Positions 46,430-56,742 of a DNA stretch of 64,000 bases are shown here, piece after piece. The DNA is from Planctomycetota bacterium. Lineage in GTDB: Bacteria > Planctomycetota > SZUA-567 > H5-PLA8. A program made the position numbers and the translations under genes. The notes beneath the pieces are model-generated. The model made no database searches. It was not told the DNA's origin and saw nothing but the letters and a program-made list of their open reading frames with translations. The first letter of the stretch is position 1, and every line of letters begins with the position of its first letter. Location: positions 160,001-224,000 of the forward strand of contig JBBRPR010000005.1 of assembly GCA_038227875.1 (NCBI GenBank). The letters are read 5' to 3'.

Positions 46430-47692
46430 TCACTTCCCGCCTTCCATCGCAGCCAGCACCGTCTTGGCCACAGTTTCATGCCCAAACGCGCCGAGGTGAC
46501 AGCCTTCGCACGTCGTCGTGCCGGGCAGATTGGCGAAGAGTTTCTCGCGGCCGTCCTTGGGCACCGCATCGAACGCGGCGTAGACATCGGCCACGCCCGC
46601 GTTTTTCGCGGCGGCGGCTTTGCGGCAGGCTTCGGCGATGGGGCGCGTCAGTTCCCACGCCGTCGGTTCGGGCGGGTCGGCCTTGGCGATGGCCGGCGCG
46701 GTCGGCATGATCATCACGTCGGCTTTTCCTTTGGTGGCGCGGCGCACGCGTTCGACGGCGTCCTTTTGGATCTCCAGAAACTTTTCCGGCGTGACGCCGC
46801 CGGCGCGATCGTTGCCACCGTAGAAGATCACCACCAGGTCCGGTTCCGGCGCCTGCTTGACCCAGCGCGGAATGATGATCAGCCCCTGCAGCAGCTCCGT
46901 GCCGCCGATGGCCGGGTTCACGATTTTTGTGTCGCTACCGTACTTCTCTTTGATCATCTTCGTCAACAGGCCGTGCCAGATGACCTCCTTGTTGGCCCAG
47001 TGTTCGGGCGCACTGAGCGAATCGCCCATGGTCACGATCGTGAGCGGCTTCTTCTCTTTCAACTTCTGCTGCACGCGCGCGAGCGGGTTGCCCTTTGGCG
47101 TGTAGTCGGTGGTGTCGAGCTCGATCTTCGCTTCCAGCCGCACGTCGTCGATGGTGTAGGAATGGCCCGCGTAATCTTTCCAGAACCACCATTTCCCGAA
47201 ACCGACCAGCGCGAGTTTCGACGGCAGGTTGCCAGTCTTGGGATCCAGCGGCTTGATCTCGCCGCGCGAGAGCGACGGAATCATCTCGCGCCAGGGAATC
47301 ACGACCTTTTTCCATTCGGTGCTGTCGATGGGAAATGTGACCGTGTAGCGCGTCGTGTAATCCCAATTGTAAACGAACTGAAAGCTGCCGAGATGATCGG
47401 AGCCGTCGCCTTTCAGCCAGAACGAAATCCCCGCCGCGTTATCCCACTCGGGTGTGGCTTTGAATGTATTGATTGGCGTCGCGTTAACGTTGAGGCAGTT
47501 GTCTTCGAACGTGAACTTCAGCGCCTTGCCGACTTTGCCGTCGACGAGCTCCACCGCGCCCTTCACCTTCTTATCGCCGTCGGTCGGCGCGGTGAAGCTG
47601 ACGGCATCCATGGCATCGATCAGCGCGCCTTCTTCGCAACAAGCGTGAACGGCGCAGAGCGCGAGGGCGGCGAGGGTCAGGCGGCGGAGCAT
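46430..47692 (-). CDS. Secreted SGNH/GDSL hydrolase with N-terminal carbohydrate-binding-like (CBM11/CIA30-like) domain
   Basis: Signal peptide; GISFWLKGDGS..WKKVVIPW..IDDVRL; TMGDSLS, NPAIGG, YGGND; last block reads EGCHL. AAGGAG RBS before ATG 47692. Confidence 0.8.
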   Translation of the reverse strand: MLRRLTLAALALCAVHACCEEGALIDAMDAVSFTAPTDGDKKVKGAVELVDGKVGKALKFTFEDNCLNVNATPINTFKATPEWDNAAGISFWLKGDGSDHLGSFQFVYNWDYTTRYTVTFPIDSTEWKKVVIPWREMIPSLSRGEIKPLDPKTGNLPSKLALVGFGKWWFWKDYAGHSYTIDDVRLEAKIELDTTDYTPKGNPLARVQQKLKEKKPLTIVTMGDSLSAPEHWANKEVIWHGLLTKMIKEKYGSDTKIVNPAIGGTELLQGLIIIPRWVKQAPEPDLVVIFYGGNDRAGGVTPEKFLEIQKDAVERVRRATKGKADVMIMPTAPAIAKADPPEPTAWELTRPIAEACRKAAAAKNAGVADVYAAFDAVPKDGREKLFANLPGTTTCEGCHLGAFGHETVAKTVLAAMEGGK

Positions 47693-47886
47693 GGCGGTCT
47701 CCTTGGGAGTCATCCAAAGCGCGGGAAATTGTGCTGAGTGATGTACACCAGAAAAGAGAGGTGAGCGGGTGCCTCACTTCAAATTACACCGAACAAATAT
47801 GCAAGCCTTTTGGAGTTAAGTCATTGCAGTGACGAGTTTACTTTTCATACGCCAATCAATCATACTTCAACGCTATGTTTGCGGTC

Positions 47887-48636
47887 TCAACTCGTCGGGT
47901 GAGTCGCGTCGCACCGTTGGACTGTGTTCTTCAGTCGTTCACGCAATGCTTCGACTTCGGCATCTGACATTTTTACGAACAGGCCGCGGGCCACCTTTTC
48001 GTCCAAGCCCGAATTCATAATATCGACCAGAATGGATTCCACTGATACCGGCGTCACGACAAGGGGTTGCGCGGTTTTGAAAGCGCAGAGTCGCTGGCTA
48101 TGCCGTTCGAAGAGTGTTTGAGGATCGGCGCCGGCCAGGGATTCTTGATATACATTTGGGGGGACATGAAACGATGGCGCCTTATTGGATGTAGAAAGCA
48201 ATGAACCGTCGTGAAATTTCGAAAAACAAACCACATCCAATTCTGAAAAATGTTGATTTCGCGCGTAGAGGACGAGGACCACACATCTTCCATCGTGCCC
48301 AATCAATACCGAGAAACACTTCGTTACGTCGCTCAAATCCCCGTCGTTAGAGAAGTAGAATTGAAAGACCGCTCCAGCCGCGCGGCATTTCTCGAGAATC
48401 GGAGTTACTTCATTTCGGAGTGAATCATCCAGTTGAGTCTCTTCTATTCGTTCAAGCTTGTCGAGTCGGGTGGTGGCTGTGTTTATTTTGAGCCGTACGC
48501 GAAGAATTTTTAAAAGTAGAGCGATTGAAAATTGAAAAAAACTATTTGGAAACATCCATCGCAGTTCCCGCACACTTAGTTTTACGTTGTCCATTTTATA
48601 ATATGCAGGGCCGCTCATGGCATTCTCCGCCGGCAC
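47887..48636 (-). CDS. Hypothetical protein (AT-richer)
   Basis: 249-aa ORF starting just after the dppA-like stop. Confidence 0.55.
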   Translation of the reverse strand: MPAENAMSGPAYYKMDNVKLSVRELRWMFPNSFFQFSIALLLKILRVRLKINTATTRLDKLERIEETQLDDSLRNEVTPILEKCRAAGAVFQFYFSNDGDLSDVTKCFSVLIGHDGRCVVLVLYARNQHFSELDVVCFSKFHDGSLLSTSNKAPSFHVPPNVYQESLAGADPQTLFERHSQRLCAFKTAQPLVVTPVSVESILVDIMNSGLDEKVARGLFVKMSDAEVEALRERLKNTVQRCDATHPTS

Positions 48637-48641
48637 TGCTT

Positions 48642-49463
48642 CTACACGTACTTGATCACATCCATCATCCGCTTGGTCTTGTGCCGAATGGTATACGCAT
48701 CGACACGCTCCGCGCCGTCGGCCGTCGCGGCGCCGTCAGCTTGGCTTTCCCACTTGTACGTCTTGTCGATCGTGAACGGCCCCTTCGGGCGGAACGGCTT
48801 GATCGTCGCGCATTTTTCCACGGCGCGGCGCGCGGCGGATTCGATCAGCGACTGCGCCTTCACCGGCGAAAGCGAGAGCGCACAATTCCGCGTCAGGCCC
48901 TTTTTCGTGGCGACGGTGAGCACATCCTTGCCGAGAAAATCCGTCGCTTCCGCGCATCCGGCTTCGTCGGACGTGACCAGAATTACCGGCACACCGAACT
49001 CGCCGGTGAAACCCGCATCGACGCCGATCTCGCCATACGGCCGTCCGTTGATCCGCAGCAAATGAACCGAAACCGACGAGTATGTGTGCGAAAGAATCCC
49101 ACCCTGCACGCCGGCCATCGCGTGGTAGGCGAGGAAGATCATGCCGTCGAAACTTCTATCGAGCATGCAGAAGCGCCGCGGACGCGGAGCGCCGAGGATC
49201 ACTTTGGCTTCCGGATGGAGCTGTTCGTAGAGCAGATTGTGGCCCAGACCGTGCGCGTCCTCAACGATCACCTCCCCCGCGCCTCCCGCCAGCGCGCCGC
49301 GCACGGCGGCGTTGACTTCAGCCGTGACAATGCGCTGCGCCTGCTGGAAGATCGGCGACGTCGCATCGAGCCCCGATTCCAGGCCGTCGCGCGGTTTCTG
49401 GACCGAACCGATCACACATGCCGCGCCTTCGAAGTCGACGGAGATATAAATTTTTTTAGCCAC
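48642..49463 (-). CDS. dppA: M55 family D-aminopeptidase (DppA-like)
   Basis: KIYISVDFEG, EVNAAVRGA..EDAHG, YHAMAG..GILSHT, INGRPYGE, GVPVILVTSD. Confidence 0.85.
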   Translation of the reverse strand: MAKKIYISVDFEGAACVIGSVQKPRDGLESGLDATSPIFQQAQRIVTAEVNAAVRGALAGGAGEVIVEDAHGLGHNLLYEQLHPEAKVILGAPRPRRFCMLDRSFDGMIFLAYHAMAGVQGGILSHTYSSVSVHLLRINGRPYGEIGVDAGFTGEFGVPVILVTSDEAGCAEATDFLGKDVLTVATKKGLTRNCALSLSPVKAQSLIESAARRAVEKCATIKPFRPKGPFTIDKTYKWESQADGAATADGAERVDAYTIRHKTKRMMDVIKYV

Positions 49464-49480
49464 GATGCCTCCGGGGGCTC

Positions 49481-49603
49481 AACGGATCATTTTTCATTTT
49501 CCATCGAACCGCCGGAATGGCAATGCGAGATACGAAAAGTCGCCTCGGCCGCTTGCGCAATGGAAATGGAAAATCAAAAATGGAATGTGGAAAATGATCC
49601 GTT
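49481..49603. repeat. Heptamer-armed inverted repeat element (ATTTTCC / GGAAAAT arrays)
   Basis: aacggatcatttttcattttccat ... atggaaatggaaaatcaaaaatggaatgtggaaaatgatccgtt. Confidence 0.7.
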
Positions 49604-50876
49604 ACTCGTAGCGCAGCGCTTCGATCGGATCCAGCAGACCCGCTTTCCATGCCGGATACGTGCCGAAGGCGACGCCGTCGAGCAGCGAGACGCCCAGCGC
49701 GACAACCATGCTCCACCAGGCCAGTGCGACCTGCCAGCCGGTGTTGGCATGAACGGCGTAGGTGAAAATCACGCCGACCAGGCAACCGGCCAGGCCGCCG
49801 AGCAGGCAGATGCTCAAGGATTCGAAGAGGAACTGGCGGAGGATGTCGCCCTGCGTCGCGCCGACGGCGCGGCGGATACCAATCTCGCGGCGGCGTTCGG
49901 TGACATTGGCAAGCATGATGTTCATGATCCCGATGCCGCCGACGACCAGTGAAATTCCGGCCGAGCAACCCATCACGTAATTGAAGATGCGCTGCGATTC
50001 CTCCTGCTGCGCGACCAGTTCCAGCGCGATCTTGACGTTGTAGTCGCGCTCTTCCGGCGGAATGTTTTCCATGCGGTGCGCGTACTCGTAGAAGCGCTGA
50101 ATGTACGCGGCCGCGCCTTTCAGATCTTCCGGTGAACGCGCGGTGAAGACCACCTGCGTCACTTCATCCGACAACGGCGGCAGCGTCGTGCGCGCCAGCG
50201 CCGCGGCCAGCGGAATGTAGGCGCGGCGGTTGAGCGATGAGATGTCGTAGTCGACCTTGTCCTTCGCGTTCGACGCCAGCTCTTTACTTTGAAGTACGCC
50301 GACGATCTCGTACGGCTCCTGATCGATCACCAAGGTGGCGCCCAGCGGCGATTTCTGTGGAAAGTATTCGCGGCGCACGTCGTCTTCAATCACGCAGACG
50401 CGCCGCGCATCGGTTTCGTCGGCTGGCACGATCCAGCGCCCTTCGCGCAGCCGGAATTGCATCACGGGAAGATACGCCGGCGTGGTGCCGATCACTTCCA
50501 TCGAGACTTGCGCTTCGTTGAGCCGCACGGCCGCGTCAATGCGGCGCAGCGGCGCGTAATTTCCGATCAGCGGACAGGATTCGGCGGCTTCCTTCGCTTC
50601 GCGCAGGGTCAAACCTTCAGAATGCAACCGCGCGCGCTTTTTCTGATCGCGTTCCTTGTTGCCAGTGCGCCAGTCGATCCCGTTGACCATGATGTTGTTG
50701 GCGCCGAGCGCTGCCAACTGCTTGAGCACTTCCTTGTGCGCGCCTTCGCTGACCGCGATCACCGCGACCACCGACGCGACGCCAAAGATAATTCCGAGCA
50801 TCGACAACGCCGCTCGAAACTTATGGACCGTAAGGCCCTTCATGCCGATCCGCGCGGCGTTGCTCCATTCGACCAT
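49602..50876 (-). CDS. MacB/FtsX-like ABC transporter permease
   Basis: RAALSMLGIIFGVASVV, periplasmic core, ISLVVGGIGIMNIMLANVTERRREIGIRRAVGA..QFLFES, YPAWKA..DPIEALRYE. Confidence 0.92.
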   Translation of the reverse strand: MVEWSNAARIGMKGLTVHKFRAALSMLGIIFGVASVVAVIAVSEGAHKEVLKQLAALGANNIMVNGIDWRTGNKERDQKKRARLHSEGLTLREAKEAAESCPLIGNYAPLRRIDAAVRLNEAQVSMEVIGTTPAYLPVMQFRLREGRWIVPADETDARRVCVIEDDVRREYFPQKSPLGATLVIDQEPYEIVGVLQSKELASNAKDKVDYDISSLNRRAYIPLAAALARTTLPPLSDEVTQVVFTARSPEDLKGAAAYIQRFYEYAHRMENIPPEERDYNVKIALELVAQQEESQRIFNYVMGCSAGISLVVGGIGIMNIMLANVTERRREIGIRRAVGATQGDILRQFLFESLSICLLGGLAGCLVGVIFTYAVHANTGWQVALAWWSMVVALGVSLLDGVAFGTYPAWKAGLLDPIEALRYE

Positions 50877-51007
50877 GGTACTTTTGTACTCGCAGGCCCA
50901 GGCTTTAACAACAAAAGGGATGCTTCATTTAACCTGCACGGCCGCATTTCAGTCACTTCACAAATTTCTTTCATGCTGTCTGGAAACGAGTGTGGTAAGA
51001 ATCTTCC

Positions 51008-51661
51008 ATGCATCTGGTCTTCGAACAACTCCGCATCGGCGGGGATCGGAATTTCGGGTACCTGCTCGGCGACCGGGAAGCGGGCGTCGCAGTCGCGATC
51101 GATCCGGCGTTTTCTCCCGCGATGGTCGTGCAACGCGCCACCGATCAGCATTTAAAGATCTCCCACATCATCAACACGCACGGACACGACGATCACATCA
51201 ACGGCAACGTGGAAGCGGTGAAGCTCACCGGCGCGCAAGTCGCGGCGCATCCCGACAGCCCGGCGATGCCCGACATCCGGCTCGAAGACAATCAGGAACT
51301 GGAAGTCGGCGGGCTGCGCTTGAAGTTTCTCTACACGCCCGGCCACTGCCCCGATCATATCGTTATCTACGAACAGACGCAGCGCATCCTGATCAGCGGC
51401 GATCTGCTCTTCGTCGGCAAGGTCGGCGGCACCGGCAACAACATCGACGCGCGACTGGAATGGAACAGCCTGCAGCGCGTCTTGACGGAAGTTCCCGACG
51501 CAGCGACCGTCTGGCCGGGGCATGATTATGGCGTGCGCCCGGTCTCCACGGTGGCCATGGAGCGGACGTCGAATCCGTTCCTCCGCTGCGCGGACTTGGC
51601 GGAGTTCATCCGCTTTAAAGACGACTGGAAAATTTACAAACAGAGGTACGGCGTGAAATAA
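51008..51661 (+). CDS. Metallo-beta-lactamase fold hydrolase (glyoxalase II / ETHE1-like)
   Basis: NFGYL, THGHDDHING, TPGH, GDLLFVG, WPGHDY. Confidence 0.9.
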   Translation: MHLVFEQLRIGGDRNFGYLLGDREAGVAVAIDPAFSPAMVVQRATDQHLKISHIINTHGHDDHINGNVEAVKLTGAQVAAHPDSPAMPDIRLEDNQELEVGGLRLKFLYTPGHCPDHIVIYEQTQRILISGDLLFVGKVGGTGNNIDARLEWNSLQRVLTEVPDAATVWPGHDYGVRPVSTVAMERTSNPFLRCADLAEFIRFKDDWKIYKQRYGVK

Positions 51662-51680
51662 CCCGCGGGGGCTTACCTAT

Positions 51681-53957
51681 ATGGACGTGCAGCTCGTCAG
51701 TTCGCGTATCGATTCCGTGACGGCGTACCGCAAGGGCGCGCGCATTGTCCGCGTGGGTGAAGTGAAGGCCGAAGGCGGCGCGTTTCCCACGCAGATTCGG
51801 TTGGTTAACCTGCCTCTGGCGCTGGACGACAGCACCTTAAAGGTGCGACTGACCGGCGTGAATTCCAGCGGTATTCCCATCGCCAGCGACCTGCGCGTAT
51901 CGTTGGAAGCTCCGCCCGCCGATCCGGAACTGCCTCCCGCCGAAGACCCGGCGCTCCGCGCGGCGCGCATCGAATGCCTGAAAATCGCCGACCGCGTCGA
52001 ACAAAACCGCATCGAATTGGCGCGGCTGGATCGGATTTCGATTCCGCGCCGCCACGTCGACAGCGAGACCAAGTCGCTGCCGCCGGTGCCCACCGAATCG
52101 CGCCTGAAGTTGCTGGACCTGCGCAAGGAACGCCTGGAGGCGCTGCTGAAAGAGAAGGATTGGCTCCAGCTGATGCAGATGGACGCCGAGCGCAAGTTGC
52201 AGGACATCCAGTCGCGCCTCGCGCGCGAATCGTCGGCGCGGCAGACGAAAGATCATGAGCTGCGCAAAACCGTGACGATCAGCCTGCGCTCCAGCGGCGC
52301 GGCCGGTGCCACGGCCGAATCTGCGCAACTCGCGCTCGAATACCTCGTGCCCGGCGCGCGTTGGGCTCCGGCGTACACGTTCCGCTTCGCCAAAGATTAC
52401 AGCACCACGGAACTCTCGATGCGCGCGCTCGTCTGCCAGAAAACCGGCGAAGACTGGGCCGGCGCGAAGCTGGTGCTCTCCACCGCCAACGCGCAAGCGT
52501 GGACGGAGCTGCCCGAACTCAACAGCCTGCGCATCGGCCGGAAGCAAGACCACGCCCCGCGCCGCGGCTGGCGTCCGCCACCGACAGGCGTGGAAGAATT
52601 GTATGGCGACTACGACCGCTACGCGCGCGAACAATTGCGCGCGGCGAAGACGGCCATCCACATGACAGGTCCGGCGAGTGGCGGTGTTCCAGCCCCGATG
52701 CAAAAGAAAGAGGTCGTCAGCGAAACCGTAGGCGAGTTCGTTCTCGACGATTCGGAAAAGATTCGCGGCCTCGACGCTCAAAGTCCGTATGCCGCAGCAG
52801 CACTTCCTGCGCCGCCGGTGCTTCAATCGTTAATGGCGTCCGACTTATCCTTGGCTGCATCCGAAGGTAAAATTGAATCGTCGCGGCGAACAATTTCCGC
52901 CGGTTCGCCAGCTCCCATGTCGAAATCCCGAGCGCGCGCCGCTCCGGCTGCTGCGCCCCCTTCACCTCCGGGGAGCAGTCCGAAGGCGAGCGAAACGCGG
53001 CTCGATTTTGGCGGCGGTGGCGGGATGACCAACGACGATGAGGTCGGCGAACTTCGACCCAAAGACCAGCTGCTGAATTTCGGGCGTCTGCGCATGCCGG
53101 CCCCCGATGCCAGCGGACGCGGCAAGCTCGAGCTGATCCAGGAAGACGCGCTCTACGCTGAGATTCTGGCGCAGGCGAAAGTCGAATTTACGCTCAACAT
53201 CAAGGCGGCGGTCTTTCAATCGATCCAGCGGGCCCGCGCCGTCGAACAGTTCTCGCCGCCGCACCGCTGCCGTTTTCCAGAGAGCGTCGACGGCTTCGAT
53301 TACGCCTACGCCGCGCCCACGCCCACGCCCGTCGACATTCCCTCCGACGGCGAGTTCCATTCGATTCCGCTGGTGAACGAAAACGCGGAGTCGCGATCAT
53401 CGTTCACCTGCGTGCCGCGCGAGTCGCTCGACGTCTACCGCTTCGTCGAAATCACCAACCCGCTCAGCGCGCCCCTGCTGGACGGACCGGCCGACATCCA
53501 CGTTGGCGGCGATTTCCTGATGACCTCGCCGCTCACCACCGTCCCGCCCAGCGGCCGAATCCGCCTCGGCCTGGGCGTCGAGCAGGCGATCAAGGTCGCG
53601 CGCAACACCACCTACGCCGAAGAGGCCGCCGGCCTGATCGGCGGTTCGCTCGACTTGAAGCACGAGATCAAGATCGACGTGATCAGCCACCTGCCTCAAC
53701 CCGCGACCATCGAAATCCGCGAACGCATCCCGATTCTCAAAGAGGAAGAGGACCAGGCGAAGCTGACCGTCACCTCCGTGACGCCCGACTGGCAGGAGTT
53801 GAAGCCCGAACTGCTCGGCCCCGAGGAGCAGAATCTGAAAGGCGCGTACCGCTGGACGATCCAGGCCGCACCCGGAAAATCGCAGCAACTGCGCGCCACG
53901 TATGTCGTGCAGATCTCCGCGAAGAATGAAATCAGCGGCGGAAACCGGCGGGAGTGA
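51681..53957 (+). CDS. DUF4140/DUF4139 domain protein, long form
   Basis: SRIDSVTAY..GA, LEYLVPGARWAPAY, QKTGEDW..LVLSTA, DIPSDG, PLLDGP, LGLGVE, IEIRERIP. Confidence 0.85.
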   Translation: MDVQLVSSRIDSVTAYRKGARIVRVGEVKAEGGAFPTQIRLVNLPLALDDSTLKVRLTGVNSSGIPIASDLRVSLEAPPADPELPPAEDPALRAARIECLKIADRVEQNRIELARLDRISIPRRHVDSETKSLPPVPTESRLKLLDLRKERLEALLKEKDWLQLMQMDAERKLQDIQSRLARESSARQTKDHELRKTVTISLRSSGAAGATAESAQLALEYLVPGARWAPAYTFRFAKDYSTTELSMRALVCQKTGEDWAGAKLVLSTANAQAWTELPELNSLRIGRKQDHAPRRGWRPPPTGVEELYGDYDRYAREQLRAAKTAIHMTGPASGGVPAPMQKKEVVSETVGEFVLDDSEKIRGLDAQSPYAAAALPAPPVLQSLMASDLSLAASEGKIESSRRTISAGSPAPMSKSRARAAPAAAPPSPPGSSPKASETRLDFGGGGGMTNDDEVGELRPKDQLLNFGRLRMPAPDASGRGKLELIQEDALYAEILAQAKVEFTLNIKAAVFQSIQRARAVEQFSPPHRCRFPESVDGFDYAYAAPTPTPVDIPSDGEFHSIPLVNENAESRSSFTCVPRESLDVYRFVEITNPLSAPLLDGPADIHVGGDFLMTSPLTTVPPSGRIRLGLGVEQAIKVARNTTYAEEAAGLIGGSLDLKHEIKIDVISHLPQPATIEIRERIPILKEEEDQAKLTVTSVTPDWQELKPELLGPEEQNLKGAYRWTIQAAPGKSQQLRATYVVQISAKNEISGGNRRE

Positions 53958-53997
53958 GGGAATGTCGAGGACGAACGCGGAAGTAGGCGAGCGATAA

Positions 53998-54140
53998 TGG
54001 TGCCACGGATGCGCGGCCGCTTGAGCGTAGCGAAAGGCGCCGTTCATCCGTGCGAGGCGCCTTGACGAGGGCAGAGCGCACCGCACGGATGAACAAAATT
54101 CCGTCGCTACGCTCAGGAATTTCGCGCATCCGTGGCACCA
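53998..54140. repeat. ~140-bp structured intergenic repeat element, copy 2
   Basis: Perfect 18-bp terminal IR tggtgccacggatgcgcg / cgcgcatccgtggcacca; same two inner IRs as 11556-11693. Confidence 0.88.
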
Positions 54141-54183
54141 GTCATCACTCTTCTCATAGTTTGGAAAATTTGGAGTATCACCC

Positions 54184-55746
54184 ATGGCCACTCGCACCTT
54201 ATTGAACGCACCGGTCGTCGAAGTCACCCTGCTCGAGGACCGCGCGCACGTCATCCGGCGCGGAGTGGTCACCGTGGCGGCGGGAGCTTCCAAGCTGATC
54301 GTCTCGGACGTCTCGCCGGTGCTCGCGGATCGGACGTTGAGCGCCGTGGTACTGCAACAGAGCGGTGCGCGCATCAATGATGTGCGCGTGCGGCGGCAAC
54401 GCGTGGTGCTGCAGCAGGATCTGCCCACGGAGGTGCAGGTGCTGCGCATTGAATGCGAAGCGCTGGTCCGCGAGATTGCGCGGCTGGAAGACGGTCAGAA
54501 ACTCCTGAAGGAACAGTTGCAGCTCACCGACGCGGCAGTGGTGCTGACGCTGAGCGAATTTGGCGAGGACACGGCATGGAACAAGGCGCCCGAGGAACTC
54601 TGGCGCAATCACCTGCAGGCGTTTTCGGGCACCGAACGTGGACTGCGCGACAAGCTGCTGGAGAACCGGCAGGCTTTTGTTGACGCCACCGGCAAGCGCG
54701 ACAATCTGCAGCGGCGCATTGCGGCACTGAACAATCCGCAGTTGCGCAATTCCGCGACGGTGGAAGCGGATCTTTACGCGGCAGCGGCCGGCGATGTGGA
54801 GGTCCAAGTCGAGTACACCGTCCCCGGCGCGTGCTGGCGGCCGCAGCACACGGCGCGCTTGATTCAGAACGTCGACCGCACGGAGAAGGTGCTCTTTCAG
54901 TGCAACGCCAGCGTCTGGCAGAATACCGGCGAAGACTGGCGCGACGCGTCGCTGAATTTCTCCACACAGCGCCCGTCGCTCGGCACCGAACCGCCGAAAC
55001 TGCAGACGGAACTGCTCAATGTCCAGCGCCGCGCGGCTCAAGTCGTCGTGGAAGCGCGGGAGCAGGAAATCGTGCAGGCCGGACTCGGCGCAGGAAAGAA
55101 AACCTTCGCGCCGGAAGTTCCCGGCATCGACGACGGCGGCGAAGCCCTGAAGCTGCGCGCCTCGCACAAGGCCACGATTCCCTCCGACGGCCGCCCGTGG
55201 CGCGTGGAACTCTTCGCCTTCGAGGCACCGGCGCAGACGGAATGGGTGCTCTACCCGGAGCTCGTCGACGCCTCAATTCTGAAAAGCACGCAGACCAACA
55301 CCGCGCGCTTTCCGGTCCTCGCCGGCCCGGTCGAGCTGATTCGCGGCAGCGGTTTCGTGGGGCGGACGTCGCTGCTCTACATCGCGCCCAACGAGAAGTT
55401 TGCCTTGAGCTGGGGGCCCGACAGCGAAGTCCGCGTCCACCGCGAACACCGCGCGCTGGACGAAGACAAGTCGCTGCTGAGCGCCTGGATCACGCGCGAA
55501 CACCGCGTCACGCTGCGCTTAAGCAACATCGGCGCGGATAACAAATTGATCGCCGTAACCGAGCGCGTACCGGTCTCCGAGATCGAAAAAGTCCAGATCC
55601 AGTTCGACGCCAAAAACACCAGCGAACAAAAATCACCCGACGGCGAAGGCTTCATAAAATGGAGTGTCGCGCTCCCCGCCTTCGGCCACGCGACGCTGAA
55701 CCTGCGCTACACGCTGCGCCGGCATAAGGATGTGGCAGGGGTGTAG
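54184..55746 (+). CDS. DUF4140/DUF4139 (MuiA-like) protein
   Basis: APVVEVTLLEDRA, EYTVPGACWRP, WQNTGEDW..STQRP, TIPSDG, PVLAGP, LSWGPD, VTERVPVSE. Confidence 0.85.
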   Translation: MATRTLLNAPVVEVTLLEDRAHVIRRGVVTVAAGASKLIVSDVSPVLADRTLSAVVLQQSGARINDVRVRRQRVVLQQDLPTEVQVLRIECEALVREIARLEDGQKLLKEQLQLTDAAVVLTLSEFGEDTAWNKAPEELWRNHLQAFSGTERGLRDKLLENRQAFVDATGKRDNLQRRIAALNNPQLRNSATVEADLYAAAAGDVEVQVEYTVPGACWRPQHTARLIQNVDRTEKVLFQCNASVWQNTGEDWRDASLNFSTQRPSLGTEPPKLQTELLNVQRRAAQVVVEAREQEIVQAGLGAGKKTFAPEVPGIDDGGEALKLRASHKATIPSDGRPWRVELFAFEAPAQTEWVLYPELVDASILKSTQTNTARFPVLAGPVELIRGSGFVGRTSLLYIAPNEKFALSWGPDSEVRVHREHRALDEDKSLLSAWITREHRVTLRLSNIGADNKLIAVTERVPVSEIEKVQIQFDAKNTSEQKSPDGEGFIKWSVALPAFGHATLNLRYTLRRHKDVAGV

Positions 55747-55888
55747 TGCCGATCGTCAGCCGGCGCGGTCACCTCGGGAAGCAATCTTTTCCGAGTAGTC
55801 AACACGTGCCCCATTTCGCCCTGCTTTCGAATTGTATATATGTTATTGGGCGTTAGCTTTTAGAAACTATTTCATTGAGGAGCATCGT

Positions 55889-56742
55889 ATGTCTGAAACG
55901 CCTGACTCACCGGAATCGATTGAATCCTCTGATGCTCCCGCGCCTGAAACACCAGAGAAACCGTCCAGCGACTTGCAGTTCGACCGCGCTGAAGTTCCGG
56001 TCGCCAAGCGATGCCGGATGTGCAACCAGCCGATCGGCGAAACGTTCTTCAGAATTGAAGGCAAGACAATCTGCGCACCGTGCCAGGAGAAAGTGAACGC
56101 GCAATTGACGGGCGGCTCAGGAACAGAGCGGTTTTTAAAGGCCTCGCTTTACGGCACCCTGGCGGCGGTGCTGGGCGCGGGAGTTTACTACGCCATCCTG
56201 GCCGCAACGGGCTACGAGCTGGCGCTGATCTCCATTGGCATCGGCATCATCGTAGGGATGGCCGTTAAAAAAGGATGCGGGGGACGGGGCGGCTGGGTCT
56301 ATCAGACACTGGCAATTTTCCTGACGTATTCGGCGATCGCATCCGCGTATGTGCCGATCGTCTTTGGTGAATTCATGAAACACCGCGCCGATAAACCCGC
56401 CGCCCACACGGCGACGAAAGCAACAGAAGTGAAACCAGCGGCGTCCGATGCCGAATCAGAAACTGAAGCCGAAACGCCAGAGCCGGCAACGACGGCCCCG
56501 AAGCCTCATATGAATATTTTCCTGCGCTCATCTTGCTGGCCGGATTTCTGTTCGCGCTGCCGATCATCGCGGGGTTTCATAGCATCATCGGCTTGTTTAT
56601 CATCGGCGTCGGGTTGTACGAGGCGTGGAAGATCAACAAGCGTGTCGTGTTGAAAATCACCGGACCCTTTCCAGCCAGTGCCGCACTCGCACCAGCCGGA
56701 CCTGCCCCGCGAATCTTGAAACGGGCTCAGACGGGTGGATGA
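55889..56742 (+). pseudogene. Zinc-finger membrane protein interrupted by a 1-nt frameshift near 56524 (pseudogene or sequence error)
   Basis: CRMC..ICAPC plus three TM helices in the first frame. The hydrophobic continuation ALILLAGFLFALP..IGLFIIGVGLYEAWKINKR..GPF lies in the -1 frame and ends overlapping the next start. Confidence 0.75.

Noticed and set aside
11556..54140. CRISPR interpretation of the repeats
   Set aside because: No regularly spaced direct repeats with unique spacers and no cas genes; the repeats are dispersed inverted elements.
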